DNA from: a virus
Virus genome (UHGV): UHGV-1367859
Reading direction: 5' to 3' (one strand)
DNA length: 64,000 nt
The translations under genes and the position numbers were made by a program. Every line of letters starts with the position of its first letter. Position 1 is the stretch's first letter. Below the pieces are notes generated by a model that was not told where the DNA came from, did not search any database, and worked only from the letters and a program-made list of their open reading frames with translations. Positions 40,185 to 48,204 of this stretch are shown here, piece by piece.

Positions 40185-40235
40185 CTAATAAATCATTGGT
40201 GATTCCAGTGAGACTCGAACTCACAACCTACAGAT
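40185..40235 (-). pseudogene. tRNA 3'-half fragment with encoded CCA, abutting the HNH gene stop
   Basis: Minus strand reads ...TCTGTAGGTTGTGAGTTCGAGTCTCACTGGAATCACCA (T-arm GTGAG/TTCGAGT/CTCAC). No complementary 5' acceptor strand. Confidence 0.35.
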
Positions 40236-40652
40236 TTATCTGTGATGATTATGATGATAAATTCTATCACTATTCTTATTCTTGCTTTTGTATGTGTCTA
40301 ACTGTGAGTCACAATTAGGGCAAACAAGTCTAAGATTAGTTCTAATATTGTTGTTAGCATGACCATCAATGTGGTCAAGTATAAATACTAATGGTTTATT
40401 ATTCCAAGTATCAACACATCCACAAATAGAACATTTATGTTCTTGTTCTTTTAGGATATGTTTCTTTACCCAAAACATATTACTCTGTCCTTCATACTCT
40501 TCGGGATGTTGTAAATATCTTTGGTATTTTTGCTTGGATTGGTATTCCATCTGGCATTTATTTGAACAATACTTTCCAGACATATTATATGCTGGATAAA
40601 ATTCATCACCACAATTTACGCAGATACAATTACTTCTTCTCTTTGGATTCAT
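40236..40652 (-). CDS. HNH homing endonuclease
   Basis: LDHIDGHANNNIRTNLRLVCPNCDS is an HNH core with Zn-binding Cys pairs. Free-standing between tRNA genes. Confidence 0.8.
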   Translation of the reverse strand: MNPKRRSNCICVNCGDEFYPAYNMSGKYCSNKCQMEYQSKQKYQRYLQHPEEYEGQSNMFWVKKHILKEQEHKCSICGCVDTWNNKPLVFILDHIDGHANNNIRTNLRLVCPNCDSQLDTYKSKNKNSDRIYHHNHHR

Positions 40653-40672
40653 AATATATAAATTTATTTTAG

Positions 40673-40745
40673 TCTCCCCTCCCAGACTCGAACTGGGGTT
40701 TATGGTTTAGAAGACCATTGTTACTATCCGCTGAACTAAGGGGAG
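40673..40745 (-). tRNA. tRNA-Arg(UCU)
   Basis: Manual fold: acceptor CTCCCCT/AGGGGAG, anticodon arm ATGGT-CTTCTAA-ACCAT, T-arm CCCAG-TTCGAGT-CTGGG. TAACTTTG -7 box just upstream on minus strand. Confidence 0.7.
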
Positions 40746-40779
40746 TTATGCAAAGTTAGTAATAAATTTCTATACTATG

Positions 40780-40838
40780 AAATCCTTAGAGTTAAAGTAT
40801 CTTAAGTCTGTTGCTCTATCCATTTGAGCTATGGAACC
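40780..40838 (-). pseudogene. tRNA-like fragment (acceptor 5' strand plus canonical D-arm, anticodon stem unpaired, no T-arm)
   Basis: GGTTCCA-TA-GCTC-AAATGGATA-GAGC then ACAGA-CTTAAGA-TACTT (stem not complementary). Confidence 0.3.
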
Positions 40839-41008
40839 ATTTGCATCACTTCTTTACGTATATTGCTAATGCTACTAGATATATGGCATCAAGTGTCATA
40901 CCTATCAAATAGAATAGGCTGGCTACAGTAATTGCTATGCACTGAAAAATCAGTATTGCTTTCTCCATTGTTTCTGTTTTCATTTTCCTTCTTACTTTAA
41001 TTGTTTAG

Positions 41009-41082
41009 TACCCCCAGAAGGACTCGAACCTTCCACCTACAGTTTAGGAAACTGTTGCTCTATCCTGATGAGCTATGAGGGC
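41009..41082 (-). tRNA. tRNA-Arg(CCU)
   Basis: Manual fold: acceptor GCCCTCA/TGGGGGT (two G-U), D-arm GCTC..GAGC, anticodon arm ACAGT-TTCCTAA-ACTGT, T-arm GAAGG-TTCGAGT-CCTTC. Confidence 0.7.
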
Positions 41083-41172
41083 AAGTAAAAACTCCACATT
41101 ATCTTCACAGACTATGTGAAGTGTTGCGACGTCATCCTAAAATAATCATCTTTTTACCTTAAAAAACACAAA

Positions 41173-41403
41173 TCACAATTCATCATCAGGCATTCCTCCG
41201 AAGAGTTTATTTCCTGAGAGTATATCAAATTCTTCCTCTGTGATAGTCTTGTAGCATACATATATGAGTAATGCTACAATACCTGTTGCAGGAAAGAAAT
41301 AACCTTGGTCATAGATGCTGTCTACTCCACATATAGAGAACATAGCCATTACCATGGTAGTGTAGAGTAGGAGTCCTTTAAGGACAAGTTTCATTGTCTT
41401 CAT
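41173..41403 (-). CDS. small membrane protein
   Basis: ORF track. Two hydrophobic segments. Confidence 0.4.
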   Translation of the reverse strand: MKTMKLVLKGLLLYTTMVMAMFSICGVDSIYDQGYFFPATGIVALLIYVCYKTITEEEFDILSGNKLFGGMPDDEL

Positions 41404-41440
41404 ATGTCTCTTTCTGGTTTTTCTGTTGTGAGTGCGCCAC

Positions 41441-41767
41441 CTACCATATAGAAGGTAATGCCCTTAAATGATTTCCTTCTCTCTCTCTTGCCTGCTTTAT
41501 TGCTTTGGCTTTGTCATAAGTCTTTTTCACAGCAGTTCTATTAGCTGTGTTATACTCCTCAAGTATTATAGCATAACTGTGTATATCCATATCTACTAGA
41601 GTATATGTCTTTGAGTATTTGACAAGATTGTTCCTTTTGAGAGCAGCCCAGAAATGAGATGACTTTGGACAGCCACATTCTTTCAGGATTATATCCCATT
41701 GCTTCTTGGTGAAGCTTAAGTTATTGAACCAGGATAATCTTTCAACAACTTGTTCTTGCTGTGTCAT
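41441..41767 (-). CDS. hypothetical protein
   Basis: ORF track. Confidence 0.4.
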   Translation of the reverse strand: MTQQEQVVERLSWFNNLSFTKKQWDIILKECGCPKSSHFWAALKRNNLVKYSKTYTLVDMDIHSYAIILEEYNTANRTAVKKTYDKAKAIKQAREREGNHLRALPSIW

Positions 41768-41772
41768 TTGAT

Positions 41773-42066
41773 TTATTCATTGATACCTAACTCTTGTTTG
41801 ATTTGGGTCTGTACTTCTTTAGGTAGGTAATACTTATATTCCTTGCCTGTCTTCTTTGATACTCTCTTGACATAACAAGCACCTTTCTTAGTGATAAAGA
41901 TAGGATACTTGTTACCTTGTTTGTCTTCCCAAATATACTTGGTCTGAGTATCATTTGCAGTAGATTTGGTTTGTTCAACCTTGAAGGTGTCACCTTCTCT
42001 TTTGACCTCTGCATATCCTGTTACTGCAAATATTGATAGGAGAATGCAGATTATGAGCTTTTTCAT
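41773..42066 (-). CDS. secreted small protein (signal peptide MKKLIICILLSIFAVTGYA)
   Basis: ORF track frame. Start moved to internal Met that gives a canonical signal peptide. Confidence 0.4.
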   Translation of the reverse strand: MKKLIICILLSIFAVTGYAEVKREGDTFKVEQTKSTANDTQTKYIWEDKQGNKYPIFITKKGACYVKRVSKKTGKEYKYYLPKEVQTQIKQELGINE

Positions 42067-42201
42067 CGTTTGTTTTTGTGTTCTGAGTATTTTATTAGAA
42101 GGAAAAAGATGAAGAATAGTATGATTGTTCCTATTATTAGGTCTAAGTTTTTCCATTGATTAGTCAGTAAAAACAGTTATACATTATAGATTAAGCCCAA
42201 T

Positions 42202-42468
42202 TTAGATGTCCCCGTCAGAGAGCCATTTACATAGGAGGATTGCCAATGCCCAACAAACGAGCATTGCAGTAAAGAATAGTAAAATATCCATATTATTAAT
42301 ATTCAAGGGATTACAGTAGAAAAGAGGGATAATAGAGAAGGAATGTTTTATCCTATCCCATACTATCCCTCTTGTATAGAGTGTCAAGTAACAGAACATT
42401 CTATATCCACTATCAACATTAATACCTTTCAAGTGTAAGACACATAATAGGATACTATTAATGTTCAA
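42202..42468 (-). CDS. small hydrophobic protein
   Basis: ORF track. Confidence 0.3.
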   Translation of the reverse strand: MNINSILLCVLHLKGINVDSGYRMFCYLTLYTRGIVWDRIKHSFSIIPLFYCNPLNINNMDILLFFTAMLVCWALAILLCKWLSDGDI

Positions 42469-42487
42469 ACATTATTAATGTTCAGAG

Positions 42488-42521
42488 GATAAAAAGGGGA
42501 GCAGGCTTTCGCCTGCCCTCC
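42488..42521 (-). terminator. rho-independent terminator of gene 42523..42837
   Basis: GC-rich hairpin GGAGGGCAGGC-GAAA-GCCTGCTCCCC followed by TTTTTAT on the minus strand, directly after the stop. Confidence 0.6.
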
Positions 42522-42522
42522 A

Positions 42523-42816
42523 TCAGAACTCTGCTACTACAGGTGCACCGCCCTGACCTTCCTCATGGAGGAGGTAGAACTGCTCACCTTCATTGCCTTT
42601 GACAAGGCTAATCATTGGGTGTGCAGGTACACCTTTGGCTGCAACTGCGCCTGTCTTTGCGCCGAAGGTGAAGAAGAGCTTGCCTGTGTTGGGATTCTTC
42701 TTCACTTGGATTTTGTCTACGCGCTTTTCAGCTTTGAACTGTTCGACTGTGAGAGTGTCGAGGAACTCAAGGTTTTTGTTTGCTTCCATTTGATTGTGGA
42801 TTAAACGATTGAACAT
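42523..42816 (-). CDS. hypothetical protein, compositional outlier (~48% GC, C-ending codons)
   Basis: ORF track 42523..42837; likely start MFNRL. Codon usage (ctc gac act ctc aca gtc gaa cag ttc) unlike the rest of the window. Own terminator. Confidence 0.5.
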   Translation of the reverse strand: MFNRLIHNQMEANKNLEFLDTLTVEQFKAEKRVDKIQVKKNPNTGKLFFTFGAKTGAVAAKGVPAHPMISLVKGNEGEQFYLLHEEGQGGAPVVAEF

Positions 42817-42942
42817 TTTGCCTACCAGGGGTAACACCCCATTGGGCTAAGTGATGGGGAGGGTGTGGTTGGTGTATCCCCCACTCACGACAATATCCAA
42901 AAAATTTTTTTAAAAAAAAAATTAAAATTTTTCCTTAGCCTC

Positions 42943-42973
42943 TTGCATATATCAGATATTTTTACTAACTTTG
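42943..42973 (+). promoter_or_regulatory. Bacteroidetes sigma-A type promoter (TTGCATATATCA-N11-TAACTTTG)
   Basis: TTG at 42943 and TAACTTTG at 42966..42973. Near-identical to the sites at 45006 and 46170. Confidence 0.55.
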
Positions 42974-43256
42974 CACCCACTAGGACATAACAAGTACTAG
43001 GCTACATATCCAACCTACTAAGGTTGAAGAGGTTAAGATAGTTGAGAAGTCTCCAAGCCAACATGGGAAAGTAAAGGATACCATAAGTAGGGCAGAGGTA
43101 ATTGGAGCTTGAGATAAGAAGAGAAGAACTAATAGTATATAAACGCCTTCAATGCTATCTTAATACTATACCAGAGAGCTTAATTGGTGAATTGCTCTAG
43201 GTCTCTTTATATCTTTAAGTGAATAGGTTGATTATGGTAGCTAGGAATTAGAATAA

Positions 43257-44315
43257 TTGTACGAAGATATGTGGGATAATCTTTCAATGGCTGAAAAAGC
43301 TAATATTATAATGTTAGGTATAAAATCGGGTATTGTAGATTTGCCAACCATAAGAAGGGGTTATAATAGTTTTGCTAGAGGGGGATATACTAAGTGGAAA
43401 GAGAAGATTCAAAAGCATAAAGGAATTATTATAGATGGTGATGACACCTATGACTATAGAGGGTTTTATGATAGCAATCCTGATGCTGCTTGGGAGATGC
43501 TGAAAGAGTCTGGTACAAGTCACTTTCCTGATAGATTTAAGACTGCAAGTCACCCATCCTTCTCAGATGAATCTCAATACTCTGGCAGAGTAAGTAGACA
43601 CAATCCTAAAGGTATACAAGGTGGTCATTGGTATAATGACCACATATACCAAATGTCGGAAGACCAGTTCAGCACAGACTGGGATACAGATAGAACTTTA
43701 GATTATTTCAGTCAAGAAAATGAGTCTCCTGTATTATACGGACCAGATGGCTCTACAGTACTAAGAAGTATACAAGTTACGCCTCAGTCTTCTGCACTAA
43801 ATAGAAGTAGAGAGGCAACAAGCCCAAATACTGACTTTAGTAATGCACAGGACATGACAGGAACACAACAGTTTGGGGCTAATTGGTTAGCAGAAATACC
43901 TATTATAGGTACTAATCCTCACACTTGTCTTAATACAGTTACAGGGTTTTATGACCCTAAGAGTACTGTAGCATCTAATGCTAATATGGTAGCTAGACCT
44001 GAAGATTTTGGGTATAGAGAGATACCACAAACTGAGGCAGTCCCTGGAGATATTATTATACTTTCAAATAGTGATAATCATCCTACTCACGCTGTAATGT
44101 TTGACAGTGTATCTGAGGAAGAGGGGATACATAATGGGTATCATATTGAAGTAGGAGATACCTTAGTTAACTATTCTAATGGAGGGAGAAATAAAGGCGA
44201 CTATAGGTTGCAAGGACCATTGCCTAGATTTAATGACCCAGAGAGAGCAGGAGGAGATTTTTCAGGGGTACATAGGTACTATAGATACACTGGAAAAGGA
44301 AGAAAGAAAAAATAA
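43257..44315 (+). CDS. hypothetical protein with papain-like (CHAP/NlpC-P60-type) Cys/His candidate catalytic dyad
   Basis: PHTCLNTVTGFYDP (Cys) and NHPTHAVMF (His). TAA stop. No in-frame TAG. Confidence 0.35.
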   Translation: MYEDMWDNLSMAEKANIIMLGIKSGIVDLPTIRRGYNSFARGGYTKWKEKIQKHKGIIIDGDDTYDYRGFYDSNPDAAWEMLKESGTSHFPDRFKTASHPSFSDESQYSGRVSRHNPKGIQGGHWYNDHIYQMSEDQFSTDWDTDRTLDYFSQENESPVLYGPDGSTVLRSIQVTPQSSALNRSREATSPNTDFSNAQDMTGTQQFGANWLAEIPIIGTNPHTCLNTVTGFYDPKSTVASNANMVARPEDFGYREIPQTEAVPGDIIILSNSDNHPTHAVMFDSVSEEEGIHNGYHIEVGDTLVNYSNGGRNKGDYRLQGPLPRFNDPERAGGDFSGVHRYYRYTGKGRKKK

Positions 44316-44351
44316 TTCAGTAAAAAAAAAGTTGTATATAAAAAACATAAT

Positions 44352-44924
44352 ATGAAACTAGGCACACATAATTCAATGTCTTATCTTAAACCTAAAAGAT
44401 GGTGGATGAGACCTTTTCACTTCATAGCTAAATGTCAAAGTAGACATATAGACCATTAGTACAAGCTAGGTGCTAGAATGTTTGATATAAGAGTCTCTTA
44501 TAATAAGTATGGAGAAGCTGAATTTAGACATGGCTCTATGGCATTTGAAGGAGATGTAGAAGGAGTATTTAAATATTTGAATAGTCGTAATAGAGCTATC
44601 TATGTAAGATTAATTCTAGAAGTGTCAAAGAATACTAAGAACAGGGAAGATAAAGAAAGACTGTTTATTAATGATTGTAAGAGATGGGCTGAGACATATA
44701 CCCATATTAAATTTTTCTGCGGAAGAAGAAAATTTGATTGGGTTCAGTTATATAAGTTTGAACTAGATGATATAGAGCTTGTTCAGAAAATCTCCTCCAT
44801 GACTGGTACAGTACTAGATGATTGGTGGCCTTGGCTATATGCAAGGTTCTTCAATAAGAAGAATCTAGAAAAGCATAGAGATAGTAAGGATTGGATGTTG
44901 ATTGATTTTATTGGAATGGTATAA
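44352..44924 (+). CDS. hypothetical protein; one in-frame TAG if started at ATG 44352 (alternative start 44478)
   Basis: Frame open from MKLGTHNSMSYLKPK... through TAG at 44457 into ORF-track ORF 44478..44924. Confidence 0.35.
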
Positions 44925-45005
44925 AGTGTGATAATTTATCTATGGTAATATAAAAGCCATAGATAAATTATTTTATTATATAAGCTAAAAAAAACACTTA
45001 GCCTA

Positions 45006-45036
45006 TTGGATATATCATGGCTATTATATAACTTTG
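45006..45036 (+). promoter_or_regulatory. Bacteroidetes-type promoter (TTGGATATATCA-N11-TAACTTTG)
   Basis: Same spacing as 42943 and 46170. 18 nt upstream of ATG 45055. Confidence 0.5.
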
Positions 45037-45054
45037 CATTATATATAAGAATAA

Positions 45055-46090
45055 ATGAAAACTAGAAAAGAGACTGTACTAGGTAAGAGATTAGTGTAGG
45101 GAGACCCTAATCTAGTTACCAAAGATGAAATACTTGTAAAAGAAGTTGGGAATGAAGTTAAGTTATATGAGAGAAGTGATAATGGTAAACTTGTGTTATT
45201 AACTCCTGAAAGTAATAAACCTGCACCTAAAGATTATTTAGAGGTTTATTGGGCTAATTTCTCATGTCATATGAACCCAGGAAACATGGTACCTACTGAC
45301 ACTGCGTATACCATAGCTATAGACGCTCTACCATTAAAAAGAAATGGAAAAAATATATAGTATTTTTTATTTTCATTTCCTTTTTAGGGAGACTACTCCC
45401 TCGATGAGGGAGAAGTGACTGTTCTTACGAGATTAAGAACAGTCGACAACTCCCATTTGTTGGAGTTGCAAGAATTAAATAAAATACATAATATACAAGA
45501 CGTCCTTAATATAATAACTAAGGATGCGTTTGTCGAGGACCTACATACAACCAATTATATTCCATCTATAATACGCCAAAAATCTAGAGGAATTCTTGGT
45601 TTAATTAAATTAACTGCTAATACAGACGATTATCATATTCTAGATGCAAACTTAGAATTTCTTCCTGCGTTTACACAGAAAGAGGAACTTGAGGAGTAGA
45701 AATCTTTATTAGATGGGTCATTCAGAGAATGGAGGTGGAAAGCTAACTTTAAAATAAAAAATATAGATAATTAGGTTAGAACCTTCCTAGCTGAAGAAAT
45801 GTGTTATGTAGATGGAACTGTGATAGCAGGTTCTATAGGACCTACTTATCTTCAAAGCATTCGCCAGGCAATTATTAAGAATAAAGAAGTCTATGTTGGA
45901 GAGGTCCCAGCTAATGGAGGCCGTCATAAAGTAGATAATGGGGTAATACAACATGCTAAGTATCTATTTACTAGAAATACCTATGTTGTTAACTAGGCCT
46001 ATAAAAGCAGATAGACTCCTGTCTCTCAGGAGGATCTTCGCAGGTATTTTATAAAAAACATAAGCCAACACAAAATTTTAACAAAATAAA
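45055..46090 (+). CDS. hypothetical protein(s) in one reading frame with 6 in-frame TAG codons, ending at TAA
   Basis: ORF-track ORFs 45415..45699 and 45799..45996 share this frame. Hand translation shows only TAG interruptions from 45055 to TAA at ~46088. Confidence 0.4.
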
Positions 46091-46169
46091 AAAAAAAGAG
46101 AAGGAGAACATGCCACCTGTACCCGACGCGTCGAGTGTGGTGATTCTCCTTTTTTTTCTGTCTAAAAAT

Positions 46170-46200
46170 TTGCATATATCAAAAATTTTACCTAACTTTG
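46170..46200 (+). promoter_or_regulatory. Bacteroidetes-type promoter (TTGCATATATCA-N11-TAACTTTG) driving the tRNA array
   Basis: 21 nt upstream of tRNA-Gln(UUG). Confidence 0.55.
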
Positions 46201-46221
46201 CACTGTAATTCAAGAGAACAT

Positions 46222-46293
46222 TGCCACTTGGTGTAATGGTCAGCACATCAGATTTTGGTTCTGAGTGTAAGGGTTCAAGTCCTTTAGTGGCAA
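46222..46293 (+). tRNA. tRNA-Gln(UUG)
   Basis: Acceptor TGCCACT/AGTGGCA (U1:A72), D-arm GTGT-AATGGTCA-GCAC, anticodon arm TCAGA-TTTTGGT-TCTGA, T-arm AAGGG-TTCAAGT-CCTTT. Confidence 0.75.
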
Positions 46294-46297
46294 CTAT

Positions 46298-46369
46298 GCT
46301 CCCTTAGTTCAATGGAAGAACAAGGGTCTTCTAAGCCCTAAGTTGTAAGTTCGAGTCTTACAGGGAGTA
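46298..46369 (+). tRNA. tRNA-Arg(UCU)
   Basis: Acceptor GCTCCCT/AGGGAGT, anticodon arm AGGGT-CTTCTAA-GCCCT, T-arm GTAAG-TTCGAGT-CTTAC. Confidence 0.7.
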
Positions 46370-46454
46370 CAAACTTGTTCGTGAAAAGAATGTAAATGGC
46401 AAAGAAGTGAGAATCATTACCTACCTAGCCTGTGAAGGTGCAAGTAGGGTGCAT

Positions 46455-46527
46455 GGTGCCATCTTCTAAATGGTCAGGAAACTGCCCTTTCAAGGCAGTA
46501 ATCTGGGTTCAAACCCCAGTGGCACTA
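46455..46527 (+). tRNA. tRNA-Glu(UUC)
   Basis: Acceptor GGTGCCA/TGGCACT, anticodon arm CTGCC-CTTTCAA-GGCAG, T-arm CTGGG-TTCAAAC-CCCAG. Confidence 0.7.
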
Positions 46528-46534
46528 CAATATA

Positions 46535-46609
46535 TAGCTCATGAAGTGTAATGGTTTTGCATATCACACTGTCAATGTGAGGGATGGGGTTCAATTCCCC
46601 CATGGGCTG
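46535..46609 (+). tRNA. tRNA-Asp(GUC)
   Basis: Anticodon arm TCACA-CTGTCAA-TGTGA, T-arm around GGGG-TTCAATT-CCCC. Acceptor register ambiguous by 1 nt. Confidence 0.6.
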
Positions 46610-46643
46610 CTGGCTATGTAACAAAGGCTCAGAGGAGCCAAAT

Positions 46644-46730
46644 GGAAGTCTAATCTATCAGGGATAGAAGCAGTCTTGAAAACTGAATGCTCATGTGAAA
46701 GTGGGTGGGGTTCGAGTCCTCAGGCTTCCT
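46644..46730 (+). tRNA. tRNA-Ser(UGA), class II long variable arm
   Basis: Acceptor GGAAGTC/GGCTTCC, anticodon loop CTTGAAA, T-arm TGGGG-TTCGAGT-CCTCA. 87 nt. Confidence 0.6.
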
Positions 46731-46732
46731 CT

Positions 46733-46930
46733 ATGATAACAATATTGAGAAGAGAAGGGTGGGTACTCAACCCTAATGATAAAGTAGTCAACTCAATACT
46801 TAAGAGAGTTGAACAGAACAATGGACTATGTCCCTGTCAGAATGACTCTGAGGATAAGCATTGTCCTTGTTCGAACTATAGAGTACTAGACCACTGTTGC
46901 TGCGGTTTATATAAGAAACTTGGAGAGTAA
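46733..46930 (+). CDS. small Cys-rich protein, ferredoxin-thioredoxin-reductase catalytic-subunit-like (CPC...CPC...HCC) candidate
   Basis: MITILRREGWVLNPNDKVVNSILKRVEQNNGLCPCQNDSEDKHCPCSNYRVLDHCCCGLYKKLGE. The ORF-track ORF 46676..46930 has a 5' extension overlapping tRNA-Ser. Confidence 0.35.
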   Translation: MITILRREGWVLNPNDKVVNSILKRVEQNNGLCPCQNDSEDKHCPCSNYRVLDHCCCGLYKKLGE

Positions 46931-47006
46931 TTTATCAAGGTGATAAACCTATCTGCTAAATAGTGTGGTCATTAATTTGGCTTTGGTTCGAGTCCAATGC
47001 TCTCCT
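46922..47006 (+). tRNA. tRNA-Ser(GCU), class II
   Basis: Acceptor GGAGAGT/GCTCTCC, D-arm TTATC..GATAA, anticodon loop CTGCTAA, T-loop TTCGAGT. Confidence 0.6.
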
Positions 47007-47012
47007 CAACAT

Positions 47013-47087
47013 AGAGTAGTAGGGTAATAGGTAACCCCCTTCATTTGGGATGAAGTGATACTGCAAGTTCGAGTCTTGTCTACTCTA
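47013..47087 (+). tRNA. tRNA-Pro(UGG)
   Basis: Acceptor AGAGTAG/CTACTCT (perfect), anticodon arm CTTCA-TTTGGGA-TGAAG, T-arm GCAAG-TTCGAGT-CTTGT. Confidence 0.7.
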
Positions 47088-47093
47088 CTTAAT

Positions 47094-47167
47094 GGGCGTT
47101 GTGGTGTAATTGGCTAACACATCTCCTTTGCAAGGAGAAGTTCAGGGTTCAAGTCCCTCATTGTCCA
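47094..47167 (+). tRNA. tRNA-Ala(UGC)
   Basis: Anticodon arm TCTCC-TTTGCAA-GGAGA, T-arm CAGGG-TTCAAGT-CCCTC. Acceptor has one mismatch. Confidence 0.6.
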
Positions 47168-47252
47168 CTTTGTTTTTCATGTTTTCATAAAATTGTAGGA
47201 CTGTTGTTAGTCCCTCTTTTCGGCAGTTAGAGGATAAAGAAACTGCCCACTT

Positions 47253-47323
47253 TGGGATATAGCTCGAAGGTCGAGCGTGAGACTGTTAATCTCTTGGTGA
47301 GAGTTCGATTCTCTCTATCCCAG
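47253..47323 (+). tRNA. tRNA-Asn(GUU)
   Basis: Acceptor TGGGATA/TATCCCA, D-arm GCTC-GAAGGTC-GAGC, anticodon loop CTGTTAA, T-arm GAGAG-TTCGATT-CTCTC. Confidence 0.7.
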
Positions 47324-47438
47324 CCTAATAAAGAGAATAGTACTAGTGTAAGACTCAACGTAACATGTTCAGATATTAGCTCTGTTCTGAGTGTCGTATA
47401 ACTCAACCTAGCTACAGGGGGTGGTTAAAGGTAGCAAC

Positions 47439-47483
47439 TGGTAGGTATGGTACTAGTAAAAGTTCGATTCTTTTACCTACCAC
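47439..47483 (+). pseudogene. tRNA-like minihelix (7-bp acceptor stem plus T-arm, no D or anticodon arm) immediately 5' of the HNH gene
   Basis: GGTAGGT-ATGGTACTAGT-AAAAG-TTCGATT-CTTTT-ACCTACC-A, only 43 nt. Upstream 115 nt has no other tRNA parts. Confidence 0.3.
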
Positions 47484-47484
47484 T

Positions 47485-47961
47485 ATGAGAAGAAAAGGTA
47501 CAAGTAAAGTATATAGTATCTCTGATAAGGAGTTTATAAATTTAATAAATAGAGTTAATAGTTACTCTGATGCCCTGAGAGCATTAGGACTAACTACTAA
47601 AGGGGGTTCTTCACAAGATGTCTTGAAAAGAAGAATCCAAGAACTAGGATGTTCAACATCTCACTTTGGAGATGTAAGCATAAAATCTCCAACGCAAGTA
47701 TATCCCATTGAGAACATACTAGTAAAGAATAGTAGCTATGCTAATATAGCTTCACTTAAAAGAAGGCTTATAGACAATAAGTTGCTAAAATATGAATGCA
47801 GTAAATGTGGTATATCCTCGTGGAATGGTCAGCCACTATCTCTACATCTAGACCACATAAATGGTATAAATAATGACCATAGATTAGAGAATTTAAGATT
47901 CTTATGCCCTAACTGTCATTCACAGACAAGTACATACGCAGGTAAAAACAAAAGAAAATAA
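47485..47961 (+). CDS. HNH homing endonuclease
   Basis: LHLDHINGINNDHRLENLRFLCPNCHS is an HNH core. Embedded between tRNA-Asn and tRNA-Trp. Confidence 0.8.
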   Translation: MRRKGTSKVYSISDKEFINLINRVNSYSDALRALGLTTKGGSSQDVLKRRIQELGCSTSHFGDVSIKSPTQVYPIENILVKNSSYANIASLKRRLIDNKLLKYECSKCGISSWNGQPLSLHLDHINGINNDHRLENLRFLCPNCHSQTSTYAGKNKRK

Positions 47962-47970
47962 TCATTACTC

Positions 47971-48042
47971 ATTGGTGTAGTGTTAATGGTAGCACAGTGA
48001 ACTCCAAATTCACAAGTGAGGGTTCGATTCCTTCCACCTTTG
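47971..48042 (+). tRNA. tRNA-Trp(CCA)
   Basis: D-arm GTGT-TAATGGTA-GCAC, anticodon arm GTGAA-CTCCAAA-TTCAC, T-arm GAGGG-TTCGATT-CCTTC. Acceptor has 2 mismatches. Confidence 0.55.
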
Positions 48043-48048
48043 CCACAT

Positions 48049-48122
48049 TGGGATATAGCTTAGATGGTTAAAGCATCTGACTGATATTCAGAAGACCGTA
48101 GGTTCAAGTCCCACTATCCCAA
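48049..48122 (+). tRNA. tRNA-Ile(GAU)
   Basis: Acceptor TGGGATA/TATCCCA, D-arm GCTT..AAGC, anticodon arm TCTGA-CTGATAT-TCAGA. Confidence 0.7.
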
Positions 48123-48124
48123 CT

Positions 48125-48196
48125 GTACTAGTAGCTTAATGGTAAAGCACCACACTGTGAATGTGGAAGATGTGAGTTCAATTCTCACCTAGCACC
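48125..48196 (+). tRNA. tRNA-His(GUG)
   Basis: Anticodon arm CCACA-CTGTGAA-TGTGG, T-arm GTGAG-TTCAATT-CTCAC, discriminator C. Confidence 0.65.
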
Positions 48197-48204
48197 CCAA
48201 CATA

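Noticed and set aside
39604-40744. Idea that the tRNA half-fragments plus HNH ORF form a group I intron inside a split tRNA gene
   Set aside because: No complementary 5' exon (acceptor 5' strand) exists for either 3' fragment, and the tRNA upstream (40673..40745) is complete by itself. Fragments are more simply explained as homing or recombination debris.
40753-40760. Minus-strand promoter for tRNA-Arg(UCU) (TAACTTTGCAT box)
   Set aside because: The -7 box is perfect, but the element 20 nt upstream reads TTC rather than TTG, so only noted in the tRNA evidence, not as a separate feature.
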